Of a stretch of DNA of 15,599 nucleotides, positions 1 through 7,502 are shown one piece after another. This DNA comes from a virus. Positions within the stretch are counted from its first letter, which is position 1. Each line of letters begins with the position of its first letter. The notes beneath the pieces were generated by a model that ran no database searches, was not told where the DNA came from, and worked only from the letters and a program-made list of their open reading frames with translations. The stretch is taken from the IMG/VR virus record IMGVR_UViG_3300037175_000342, positions 1-15,599 of that record; one strand, 5' to 3'. Both the position numbers and the translations under genes were made by a program.

Positions 1-69
1 AGCATGTTCTTCTCCTAGGAGTTGATTTTGGTCCGGCCAGGTTTTACTGCGTTATTGCATTATTACGTT

Positions 70-273
70 TTAAACGGTGTCGATGGTGTCGAGCTGCGCT
101 GCAACGGGTTCCTTTTCTGCCCATGCATTCAGCGCGTTGGCCAACTCTTGATGTTCTCCAGCGTCGCCAGGATTTCCAGCCTTCAAAACAAGGCCAATAC
201 GGTCTTCCGTATCCATGCAAAGGTAGCTGCCATCCCGCGACAAATGCACATACGCTGATCTGATGAACTTCAT
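70..273 (-). CDS. hypothetical small protein (67 aa)
   Basis: Track ORF is 70..333. I prefer the internal ATG at 273 (MKFIRSAYV...). It follows GAAGGCGGA (SD-like), and the 60 nt upstream are a heptad-repeat tract rather than protein-like sequence. Another AGGAGAAGAAC-ATG start at nt 5..3 runs off the window edge. Confidence 0.5.
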   Translation of the reverse strand: MKFIRSAYVHLSRDGSYLCMDTEDRIGLVLKAGNPGDAGEHQELANALNAWAEKEPVAAQLDTIDTV

Positions 274-286
274 TCCGTGTCCGCCT

Positions 287-321
287 TCACTGTTCACTGT
301 GAACTGTGAACTATAAACTGC
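287..321. repeat. phased heptad tract x5
   Basis: Plus strand reads tcactgt tcactgt gaactgt gaactat aaactgc. Sense RNA reads GCAGUUU AUAGUUC ACAGUUC ACAGUGA ACAGUGA, i.e. (C/U)AG-N4 x5. It lies in the spacer between the 245-aa and 67-aa genes. Confidence 0.85.
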
Positions 322-336
322 GGCGTAAAGCACCGC

Positions 337-1074
337 CTACCACCAGTTCCACCCAATGCCCCGTGCGCGCCGCGCGTTCGACCCGGCCCGCGCCGTCATG
401 CCCTGTTTTTGTCGCACAATCTTCGCCACAATATCATCGGCGGCCGCTTCGCAGTCGGCCACCATCGATTGATAACTCGGATTTCCCGCTTCCACCCCAA
501 TCAGCGGAATCGTGCCCGCCGTCACGCAAATCTCCATGTCGGGGTCCACCACCAGCACATCTTCATCCTTCACCAGCACCGGCGGATTAAATCGCCCATC
601 CACCAAAATATCGATTGGCGCGTTCATCGGCGTCACAAAGATCTGGTTGGCTCTCCAGGTCCAGTCCATACCGCCGCTGATAAACCCCGCTCCAGAGTAC
701 GCTCCAGGCACGGCAACGCCCGGCAGGATGGTTTTCTTCTGCCGCGCCTCCCGATAGAACCGCTCTTGGCTTCCCGCCGGCTTCCACCACACATAGAGCG
801 GCTCGTAGAGGCCATTCAGCGGCTTCCCTGCCTGCTGGTACACCGCCAGCGACGTCAACCCCTGGTTGGTGGGGTTCATATCCACATCGAACGCGTTGGG
901 AATCTCCACCATCTGTTCCAGGTTCGATCCTGTTGACCTCTTGATGTAAAGTGTTTGGCGGCGGTACGCGAAGTTGATCTTCGGCCCCAGGTAGCCTTCC
1001 TTCAGCCATCCGTTCGGATCATCGTCGCCGATGATCGATCGTACCGTCGCTTTCACATCAAAGTAGGTATTCAA
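337..1074 (-). CDS. hypothetical virion-module protein (245 aa)
   Basis: Track ORF. The start is TTG (1074..1072), 6 nt after GGAG (sense AAGCGGAGCGAAC-TTG). The sequence is non-repetitive and I recognise no family motif. A head-completion, neck or tail role is inferred from position only. Confidence 0.65.
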   Translation of the reverse strand: MNTYFDVKATVRSIIGDDDPNGWLKEGYLGPKINFAYRRQTLYIKRSTGSNLEQMVEIPNAFDVDMNPTNQGLTSLAVYQQAGKPLNGLYEPLYVWWKPAGSQERFYREARQKKTILPGVAVPGAYSGAGFISGGMDWTWRANQIFVTPMNAPIDILVDGRFNPPVLVKDEDVLVVDPDMEICVTAGTIPLIGVEAGNPSYQSMVADCEAAADDIVAKIVRQKQGMTARAGSNARRARGIGWNWW

Positions 1075-1116
1075 GTTCGCTCCGCTTGGTAGCCCAAGGC
1101 TTTAGCCCTGGGTCGG

Positions 1117-2352
1117 TTATTCTTCGCCCGGAAGAGCCGTCGTTTCGGCCACCGGAATCTCTTTGTTCGGGTCGATCGCTTCCGCGCCGCCGCGGGCACG
1201 CTTCTTGTACGGCCCACGGCCCGAGTGTTCCTGCACTGCCGGCGTAGGCGCCGGGCTTTCTGGCCACTGCACACTGTTCCCTGTTCCCTGTTCTTCAAAC
1301 CCTTGCATCCGCATCTTGCGCTCGTTCATGGCCACTTCGCGCTCTTCGCCGCGCAAACTCATCAGCCAAGCGTCCGCCACGGGGTACCCGGCCATGTACG
1401 TTGCGAACGTGTCGATCGGCGATCCGCAACTGCAGAATGGTGTGTCCGGCTCCGGCTCCAGTTTGCGGCAGCTCTGGCACTTGCGCAGTCGGCTGTCTGG
1501 CTTCGCCTCGTTCGACTCGCCCACCATGCTCAGCATCTCGTTCAGCCAGGTCTTTTCGCCAGCCTTCGGCTTGGCCGCGTAGCCCATGTTGATCGCCCAG
1601 CGGTACCAGATGCGGTCCGACTCGGAAATCTCGCGGATCGACTGATCTTCGCTCCACTTCTGCTGCGCGCGCCCAATCGTCGCATCGGCAAACCGCTTCT
1701 GGCCGATGAACATCCGGTCTAGGTACTCCTGTAGATTGTAATTCACCGTGCGAAAGGTCTTGTGCGGCGTCTTGCCGATCATCGTCAACTGCGCCACCGG
1801 CACCTGGACAATCTGCCGTGACACGTCTTCCTCGGCCAGCAACCGCTCAAGCGTGTGCACATCGCCCTTGAAGGCCAGCACACCGTAGAACTTTCGCGCG
1901 GCCTTCGGCGCGGGCGGCAGCAGCAGCCCGTCCGGCGCCATAAAGATCGGCGAAAAGTGCTCGAGAAACGTGTATGCAATCGAAATCGGCAACTGGTATT
2001 GCACCTCCTGCTGCGGCACCACCTCGCCCGGCGCGCCCAGGCCCTGAGCCCCGATCATCTTGCCGTACATCTTGGGCGAGCGGCAGGTCCACAGGTGGCC
2101 CACACGCTCCTTGCCCTCATACGGAAGCCGAATGCGGCACACGTCGGCGGGCAGGCGGGTATCGTAGGGCGATGGCACTTTATACTGGCGCAGAAGCCCC
2201 TGCAAGCCAATCTCCACTGGGTTAAAGTTCACAATACTGTAGGGCTCGCATTGGCCCGTCGCCATCAATTCTTCGTACTTCGCCTTCACCTGCTCGCTAA
2301 AAAGCTGCTGAGCCGCGCCGATCGTATCGATTGCCAGTCCTGCTGAGGTCAT
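1117..2352 (-). CDS. hypothetical virion-module protein (411 aa) with CxxC-x11-CxC knuckle
   Basis: Track ORF. ATG 2352 is preceded by AGGAGAACCGGC. A Cys knuckle (CQSC...CSC) lies at nt 1426..1479. The last ~60 codons follow an in-ORF heptad tract (1260..1294), so the true 3' frame and end are less certain. Confidence 0.7.
   Translation of the reverse strand: MTSAGLAIDTIGAAQQLFSEQVKAKYEELMATGQCEPYSIVNFNPVEIGLQGLLRQYKVPSPYDTRLPADVCRIRLPYEGKERVGHLWTCRSPKMYGKMIGAQGLGAPGEVVPQQEVQYQLPISIAYTFLEHFSPIFMAPDGLLLPPAPKAARKFYGVLAFKGDVHTLERLLAEEDVSRQIVQVPVAQLTMIGKTPHKTFRTVNYNLQEYLDRMFIGQKRFADATIGRAQQKWSEDQSIREISESDRIWYRWAINMGYAAKPKAGEKTWLNEMLSMVGESNEAKPDSRLRKCQSCRKLEPEPDTPFCSCGSPIDTFATYMAGYPVADAWLMSLRGEEREVAMNERKMRMQGFEEQGTGNSVQWPESPAPTPAVQEHSGRGPYKKRARGGAEAIDPNKEIPVAETTALPGEE
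1260..1294. repeat. phased heptad tract x5, inside the 411-aa ORF
   Basis: Plus strand reads ctggcca ctgcaca ctgttcc ctgttcc ctgttct. Sense reads CAG-GGAA-CAG-GGAA-CAG-UGUG-CAG-UGGC-CAG. It encodes EEQGTGNSVQWPE. Confidence 0.8.
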
Positions 2353-2364
2353 GCCGGTTCTCCT

Positions 2365-2441
2365 AAAACAGTTGTCAGGGGACAGTGATCAGTGGTCAGT
2401 GAAAAATACCCTATTCCCTGTTTCCTATTGCCAATTCCCTG
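2365..2441. repeat. phased heptad tract x11, bipartite
   Basis: Plus strand reads aaaacag ttgtcag gggacag tgatcag tggtcag tgaaaaa tacccta ttccctg tttccta ttgccaa ttccctg. All 77 nt are in one phase and fill the 95-nt spacer between the 225-aa and 411-aa genes. Confidence 0.85.
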
Positions 2442-2447
2442 CCAGCG

Positions 2448-3125
2448 TCATCCGGCCGACAAGTGACTATTTGAACCCATCCCCGCCATCAACCCATCGC
2501 GCACACTCTGCGCCGTGCGGCCAATGGTGGCCAGCGTCGGATCGCTCACCGCGCGGTGAATCTGGTTCACTTGCTCCAGAAATTCCTCGCGACGCCGCTC
2601 TTCCGCCACCCGATGCCGGTACAGCGCCAGCCGCAGCCGCGACACCTCGTCCATTTCCATCTCGGCGCGCGCGCGGATCCACTTCAAAATCTCTTCCTTC
2701 CAAAAGTCCGTAGGCGGTAACTCGGCGTAAAACTCATCGTTCGCCATCTGGTAGTCTCCGTGCCGCGGAAACTCGCCCATCATCTGTGTCACGCCGTCCT
2801 GGCTGGTCTCGTGTTCCCAGTCCGCCAGCGCGCCCCACGTCGACGCCGGGAACCACCGCTCCAGGCAGTAGCCCTTCCCCTCGTAGCGCGGTACCCACAT
2901 CTCGCCGGCACTGAATCCTTCTGGCTCGATTTCCATATCGGGGGTTACGTAATCGACGTTCACCTGCGGCATGTGCCGCATCTGGCCAAAGCGCTGATCA
3001 AATACATTCTGCGCTAGCACCACGCGCCACACCGGCCCGCCAAACGGGTTCAGGCCGCCAAAGCGAGTAATCTCTTTGGTAAGCGCCGGCCGTATGTCGA
3101 GCAGTGCCCGTTCACGCGGATGCAT
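2448..3125 (-). CDS. hypothetical protein (225 aa)
   Basis: Track ORF. ATG 3125 is preceded by GGAGAACTA and sits immediately after the post-capsid hairpin and U5 run. No recognisable family. Confidence 0.65.
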   Translation of the reverse strand: MHPRERALLDIRPALTKEITRFGGLNPFGGPVWRVVLAQNVFDQRFGQMRHMPQVNVDYVTPDMEIEPEGFSAGEMWVPRYEGKGYCLERWFPASTWGALADWEHETSQDGVTQMMGEFPRHGDYQMANDEFYAELPPTDFWKEEILKWIRARAEMEMDEVSRLRLALYRHRVAEERRREEFLEQVNQIHRAVSDPTLATIGRTAQSVRDGLMAGMGSNSHLSAG

Positions 3126-3136
3126 TAGTTCTCCAG

Positions 3137-3175
3137 AAAAACCGGCTGGGACGGCAGGTTCGCCGCCCCGCCCGG
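3137..3175 (-). terminator. intrinsic terminator after the capsid-like gene
   Basis: Sense sequence is CCGGGCGGGGCGGCG-AAC-CTGCCGTCCCAGCCGG-TTTTT. The pairing is 4 bp, a 2x2 mismatch, then 9 bp (two G:U), followed by U5. The next RBS comes directly after. Confidence 0.55.
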
Positions 3176-3180
3176 TTGTT

Positions 3181-3215
3181 AGCTAAAAGCTGAAAGCTGA
3201 AAGCTAATAGCTGTT
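3181..3215. repeat. phased heptad tract x5
   Basis: Plus strand reads agctaaa agctgaa agctgaa agctaat agctgtt. Sense reads CAG-CUAU-UAG-CUUU-CAG-CUUU-CAG-CUUU-UAG-CUAA. It starts 1 nt after the capsid-like gene's stop codon. Confidence 0.85.
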
Positions 3216-3216
3216 C

Positions 3217-4521
3217 TTAAACCGCGTCCGCAAAGGCAGGGTTGATGCCCAGCGTGGTGATGACGCCGTTCCACCAGGGCAGCTTGCCGTAGTAGTTACT
3301 GCTGTCCTGGTAGTACATGTCGAACTCGCTCAGCCAGCGGCCGTTCGGGTCCATCTTCGGCCACCAGAGACTCTGGCCCCCGCCAAAGGGCAAAAACTTC
3401 TGCGAACCCGGATACCGCACGGCCCGCAAACCGCTCTTGCGCAGCGAGTACAACTTGTCGATCGCGGCAGTCGATTCCGTGATCACCTTCCGGCCAGAAA
3501 TCACCCACTCGTCGGTGCCCCGCGGCCCAATGTCGTAGTTGGCATTCTTGCCGTTCTCCAGGAAGTACGTGCTCTTCGCAAAGCCCAGCGTCTCAGCCGA
3601 GGTCGCCTGCGCAAAGTGGGTGTACCAGAAGCAGTCGTCGCCGCCGTCCATCCAGCTTGCGGTACCCAGGGCCTGCTGCTGCCGCGCCTTGAAGATCGAT
3701 ACGGTACCCAGCGTCAGGGTGCCGTTGGCCGCATTCAGCGCCGGTGCCTGCACCCAACTCAGGCTGCGGTCCACGCCGTCGTAGTCGCCCACGTTCGACG
3801 GGTCCACAATGTACTCGAGGCCTTGCAGCCACAGCGGCGTGCCGCTGGTCACGCCCGTCGGGATAAAGTTGCATCCCGCGGCCAGGCCAACCGGCACGTT
3901 GTCGATGGTCACCGTATCCCCGGCGCCGATCGACGTTGAGAATTTGTCGGTGGTGGTTACCGTGCCAATCACGTTCAGGTTGGCGTCGGTCACCTGGTAT
4001 TTTTCGTAGGCGTCAATCAGGCGCGCGCCAAAGCTCACGTTCGCCATCGGCACAATGTTGCCGCCGGCATACGACGCGTCCACGGTGCCAAGCACGCCGT
4101 TGTTGAAGCCCTGCAGATAGGTGTCGCGGCTGTGGCCGTGCTTTGTTTTGGCGTCGTTCACCATGCGCGCCACCGGATCCACGGCGCTGATCTGTTTGCC
4201 GCCCTCGGCAATCCACTTCATCAACTGGGTCGCATTCCAGGCAGAAATCACCGGCACGGGCGAGATAATGAACTGCGAATAGCCGGGGCCAATGCCCTGG
4301 GGCAACGAGCCGCCGTCCGGCTGCCAGCCTCCGGAGTGGCCGCCAATCGAGAACTGAATCCCGTGACGGTATTCCTGGAGGGATACGTCGGAGCCTTTTT
4401 CCACTCCAAACATCTTTTCGAGCGCGCCGTCCATGTTCTGGCTCAGCTCGATATCGTCCGCTACAACCTGCAAGTCCAGCGGCAACTGCGCAACAGCAGT
4501 GCCAAAATCTTGAACGGCCAT
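3217..4521 (-). CDS. putative major capsid protein (434 aa)
   Basis: Track ORF. ATG 4521 is preceded by AAGGAGAATGCG. The call rests on size and position: after the scaffold-like gene, behind a 300-nt leader, and followed by a hairpin+U5 terminator. There is no motif-level proof. Fold recognition (HK97 fold) is needed. Confidence 0.5.
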   Translation of the reverse strand: MAVQDFGTAVAQLPLDLQVVADDIELSQNMDGALEKMFGVEKGSDVSLQEYRHGIQFSIGGHSGGWQPDGGSLPQGIGPGYSQFIISPVPVISAWNATQLMKWIAEGGKQISAVDPVARMVNDAKTKHGHSRDTYLQGFNNGVLGTVDASYAGGNIVPMANVSFGARLIDAYEKYQVTDANLNVIGTVTTTDKFSTSIGAGDTVTIDNVPVGLAAGCNFIPTGVTSGTPLWLQGLEYIVDPSNVGDYDGVDRSLSWVQAPALNAANGTLTLGTVSIFKARQQQALGTASWMDGGDDCFWYTHFAQATSAETLGFAKSTYFLENGKNANYDIGPRGTDEWVISGRKVITESTAAIDKLYSLRKSGLRAVRYPGSQKFLPFGGGQSLWWPKMDPNGRWLSEFDMYYQDSSNYYGKLPWWNGVITTLGINPAFADAV

Positions 4522-4548
4522 CGCATTCTCCTTGGCGGCCGTTGCATA

Positions 4549-4611
4549 CAGTGGTCAGTGGTTAGTGGTCAGTCAAAAACGCCGCCTGCTCACTGTTCAC
4601 TGCACACTGGC
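4549..4611. repeat. phased heptad tract x9, bipartite
   Basis: Plus strand reads cagtggt cagtggt tagtggt cagtcaa aaacgcc gcctgct cactgtt cactgca cactggc. Sense is CAG-N4 x4, then GCGUUUUU, then CUG/CUA-N4 x4. It ends 27 nt upstream of the capsid-like ATG. Confidence 0.85.
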
Positions 4612-4821
4612 CTTCGGCCAGGTCTATGGTTTTGTACTCGCCAAAGGCCGATTCGCCTTTAGCGGACGACACGCTGGTCCAACCATTGCCCTGCCAAGTT
4701 GATGCGATGTTCCACGTGAAACCTTTTCAAATCCTTCGTGCGCCTGAGCCCCCCGGTAGGGCGATACGCGGTGGCGCGGATTCGGTTTGGTTTCAATCCT
4801 TCCGTATTCTACCCCCGATTG

Positions 4822-6531
4822 CTACTTCTTGCGCAACCGGTGAAATTGCGTCAGTAGCATTGCCTGCCGGTCATGCGGGTTCGCGCCCGCCCACTCCGGC
4901 AACTTGCTGGCCGCTTCCTCCGCAGCCTTCAATACCTGTTCGCGGCTGGCATTCTGCGGCAGGCTCGAGCCGCCTGTCGAGGGCTCCGGCTGCGCCGCCT
5001 GGTTCCGCGCCTTCAGCCGCTCGCCCATCTTCTCCTGGTCCACCTTCACCAGGTTCTGGATGCGCTCCACCTCCGCATCGACCAGCCGCGGGATGATGTC
5101 CGCAGCCTTGCGCGCGTAGTACTCCTGCCGAATCTTGCGGGTTTGCTCGTTCGCCGGCAGCAACTGGTGCTGCGTAATTTCGTAGAGCGTCTTTGATCCC
5201 GGCTTCATCAGTTCGTTTTCAAACTGAATAAAGATCTCGGCGGCAATGCGCGGCGTGTTCCACTCCTGGCCATTCTTGTTGCGATACTTTTCCTGTTTGT
5301 ACATCTCCGGAATGTAGGCCCCGGACTCTTCCACCTTTGCCAGCGCCTCGGCAATCATCTTGCCGGCTGTGGTGCCCATGTCGCCGCGCACGGCAGTGTT
5401 GAACTGCTGAGCCTGCGCCGCTCGCTCTTCCTTGCCGGCGCCCTTCTTCTTATCTTCCAACTCCTGCCGCTGTCGCGCCAGTTCCGCCTGCTGCTGCTCA
5501 AACCACGCTTTCTGCTCTTCCGTCGCCCCCTCGGGGAGCGCCGGCGGACCCACTTCAAAGAACGACCCATCGCGGATCTGGTCAATCACGTCCAGCGCCA
5601 ACTGGGCGTATTTCAAGTTCTCCAGCCGCTGTGCGTCCAGCGCCCGTGCCGCTTCGCTCGGGTAGTGCCCCGCCAGCTTCGTCTCCAGTTGCTGAATTTC
5701 GTTGGCGTTCTTCGTCGACCACTTTCCAATCTCGCGGTTTACCAGGCCGCCCACCACCGCCTGATGATCTGGGTCGAACACGGGGTTGCCCTGCGTGTCC
5801 ACCACCGGCTTGCCTTCGGCGTCCACCTGCTGAAACTGCTGGTCAAACAGGTTCAGAAACTCCGGCACGCTCTCGGGGTTGTCGATCGTCCGCAGGCTGG
5901 CCGTCTTCAGCGCCACTTGGTTAGAGGCCTGCTCCTGCAAAAACTGCGCATCGCCCACCGTCGGGGCAATGGCTAGAATCGGCTCCGCCTCGGCCAGTTT
6001 CCGCGCCAAGGCAAATACGGGCCCCTTCACCTCCGGATGCGCTTCCATAAACGCGCCAAACTCCGGCGACTTTTCCATCAGCTCGGCCAGTTGCCGCGGC
6101 GTGGCCGGTGCGGCCTCCGCCGCCGGAGCAGCGGGCTCCGTTCCGTCCGCCGGCTTCGCGGGCTCCGTCGCGCCCGGCTCTCCGGGGGCCTTGCCTGGTT
6201 CCGTCGCCTGCTTTGTAGCCGCGCCGGTATCGGCAGCAACCTGTTCCCTGTTTTCTGTTCCCTCGTCCTGCTTCAGCGATTCGCCGGGATGCTCGCGCCG
6301 CCAGTTGTGCACGGCGGTCAAAAACTCGCCTTGCTTGTCCGGACCGTAGTCCGAGGCCTTCGGTGGTCCCTGCGGCGCCGGTGCGCCAGCGCTTGGCTGG
6401 CTGGTGCCGGTTATGGCCGCTGGGGGAGCCGCATTCCCCTTCGTTGCCGTGCTGGGGGCCGAACCAGAAGCCGGCGCAGCGGCAGGAGCCGCCGGAGCCG
6501 GAGCCGAAACAGGTGCTGCTGGAGTTGCCAT
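4822..6531 (-). CDS. putative scaffolding-like protein (569 aa)
   Basis: Track ORF. The N-terminal ~150 aa are Ala/Pro/Gly/Thr low complexity. The rest is Glu/Gln/Lys/Arg-rich and helical (e.g. EQKAWFEQQQAELARQRQELEDKKKGAGKEERAAQAQQ). It lies between the portal-like and capsid-like genes. The function is positional inference. Confidence 0.45.
   Translation of the reverse strand: MATPAAPVSAPAPAAPAAAPASGSAPSTATKGNAAPPAAITGTSQPSAGAPAPQGPPKASDYGPDKQGEFLTAVHNWRREHPGESLKQDEGTENREQVAADTGAATKQATEPGKAPGEPGATEPAKPADGTEPAAPAAEAAPATPRQLAELMEKSPEFGAFMEAHPEVKGPVFALARKLAEAEPILAIAPTVGDAQFLQEQASNQVALKTASLRTIDNPESVPEFLNLFDQQFQQVDAEGKPVVDTQGNPVFDPDHQAVVGGLVNREIGKWSTKNANEIQQLETKLAGHYPSEAARALDAQRLENLKYAQLALDVIDQIRDGSFFEVGPPALPEGATEEQKAWFEQQQAELARQRQELEDKKKGAGKEERAAQAQQFNTAVRGDMGTTAGKMIAEALAKVEESGAYIPEMYKQEKYRNKNGQEWNTPRIAAEIFIQFENELMKPGSKTLYEITQHQLLPANEQTRKIRQEYYARKAADIIPRLVDAEVERIQNLVKVDQEKMGERLKARNQAAQPEPSTGGSSLPQNASREQVLKAAEEAASKLPEWAGANPHDRQAMLLTQFHRLRKK
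6241..6268. repeat. short heptad tract x3-4, inside the scaffold-like ORF
   Basis: Plus strand reads ctgttcc ctgtttt ctgttcc ctcgtcc. Sense reads GAG-GGAA-CAG-AAAA-CAG-GGAA-CAG. It encodes DEGTENREQ. Confidence 0.55.
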
Positions 6532-6657
6532 GATCTCACATTCCTCTCAAAACGAAACTGCCGCGCCACTTTCGTTATTCGGGAATTCACCTGCCAATTG
6601 TTTCGTGATCCCCAAAGTGTGCCGTCCTACGAATTTTCATACCTCGCGCTAACGGCG

Positions 6658-7443
6658 TCAAGCCTTAATCGTAACGCGGCCAGCACTCGCCCGAGTTGCC
6701 GTCAACTGCGCCACACCTGATATGTTGTTGCTGACACCAGTCAATTCCGCCATCTTCTGTTCTCCGGCAACCGCATCCAGATCGGCCGCAGACGGTTTGC
6801 CGTTATCGGCATATGATTTGTTATCGGGCTGCGGAGGCGCTTCAGTTGGCTTCTGATTGAGAATTGCCTGCTGGCTCTCAGCTAGTACGGTTAAGTCGGC
6901 AACTCGCGCCGTCAAACCTCTCAGCAACTGCGCGGCACTAATCAACGTGCCCGTCATCGAAATGTCCAATATGTCGTCAATCTCAGCAACCGTCTTGCCG
7001 AGTTCGATCAAATGCGGCAACATTTCTTCCACAATCACGTCATTCTGGTTTTTCGGCGCTGCAACAGAAGTCTCCACCGGCCGCCATCCAATCTTCCGCG
7101 GGTTAGCCTTCACAAACTCCAAATTGGCGGCCACAATCTTCTCCCGCTCGCCCGGCGTCTTCCCGGCCTCTTTCCAAGCCGGATCATGCGCGGCCGCGGC
7201 CTCAGCAACCGCCAGCAGGTGCTCGTCGTCCACCGCCGAGCCCACCAGCGGCGCGGCCTTCACCGTCACCGGCACAGCCAGTTCGTTCAGATAGATCAGG
7301 TTCAGAAACAGGCTGCCCAACTTCGCTCCGCTGTTGTATCCCTCTGTGGGTGCTCCCAGCGCCATCGCGCTGTACTCCTTGTCCGCCGCCGCATACACCA
7401 CAGGTTCACCCAACTTGATGTTCTTCATCTCCGTTGTCGTCAT
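6658..7443 (-). CDS. hypothetical protein (261 aa)
   Basis: Track ORF. ATG 7443 is preceded by AAAGGATTGAACC. It lies between the portal-like and scaffold-like genes. No family recognised. Confidence 0.65.
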   Translation of the reverse strand: MTTTEMKNIKLGEPVVYAAADKEYSAMALGAPTEGYNSGAKLGSLFLNLIYLNELAVPVTVKAAPLVGSAVDDEHLLAVAEAAAAHDPAWKEAGKTPGEREKIVAANLEFVKANPRKIGWRPVETSVAAPKNQNDVIVEEMLPHLIELGKTVAEIDDILDISMTGTLISAAQLLRGLTARVADLTVLAESQQAILNQKPTEAPPQPDNKSYADNGKPSAADLDAVAGEQKMAELTGVSNNISGVAQLTATRASAGRVTIKA

Positions 7444-7467
7444 GGTTCAATCCTTTCGTTTTGCTTT

Positions 7468-7502
7468 TTCTGATCACTAACCACTGTGCACTGATCACTG
7501 CT
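7468..7502. repeat. phased heptad tract x5
   Basis: Plus strand reads ttctgat cactaac cactgtg cactgat cactgct. Sense reads CAG-UGAU-CAG-UGCA-CAG-UGGU-UAG-UGAU-CAG. It overlaps the portal-like gene's stop codon and precedes the 261-aa gene's RBS. Confidence 0.85.

Noticed and set aside
22-258. Plus-strand ORF 22..258 (78 aa), overlapping the 67-aa minus-strand gene.
   Set aside because: It has no RBS and lies antisense to a gene that fits the operon (SD, spacing). Its composition is not protein-like (Cys/Phe/Leu-rich).
1071-1298. Minus-strand ORFs 1071..1298 and 1058..1267 as independent genes.
   Set aside because: They have no RBS and are fully overlapped by the 411-aa ORF. I treat them only as alternative frames reachable by heptad-unit slippage (see finding), not as separate genes.
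4549-4611. Whether the short repeat tracts could be a CRISPR array or a mini-array.
   Set aside because: The units are 7 nt with no unique spacers. Tracts are at most 77 nt and scattered at gene boundaries. No cas genes are present.
4745-4815. tRNA-like strings (GGTTTCAATCC on plus, CCGAATCC on minus) in the capsid leader.
   Set aside because: I could not build an acceptor stem, D arm or 5-bp T stem around them on either strand.
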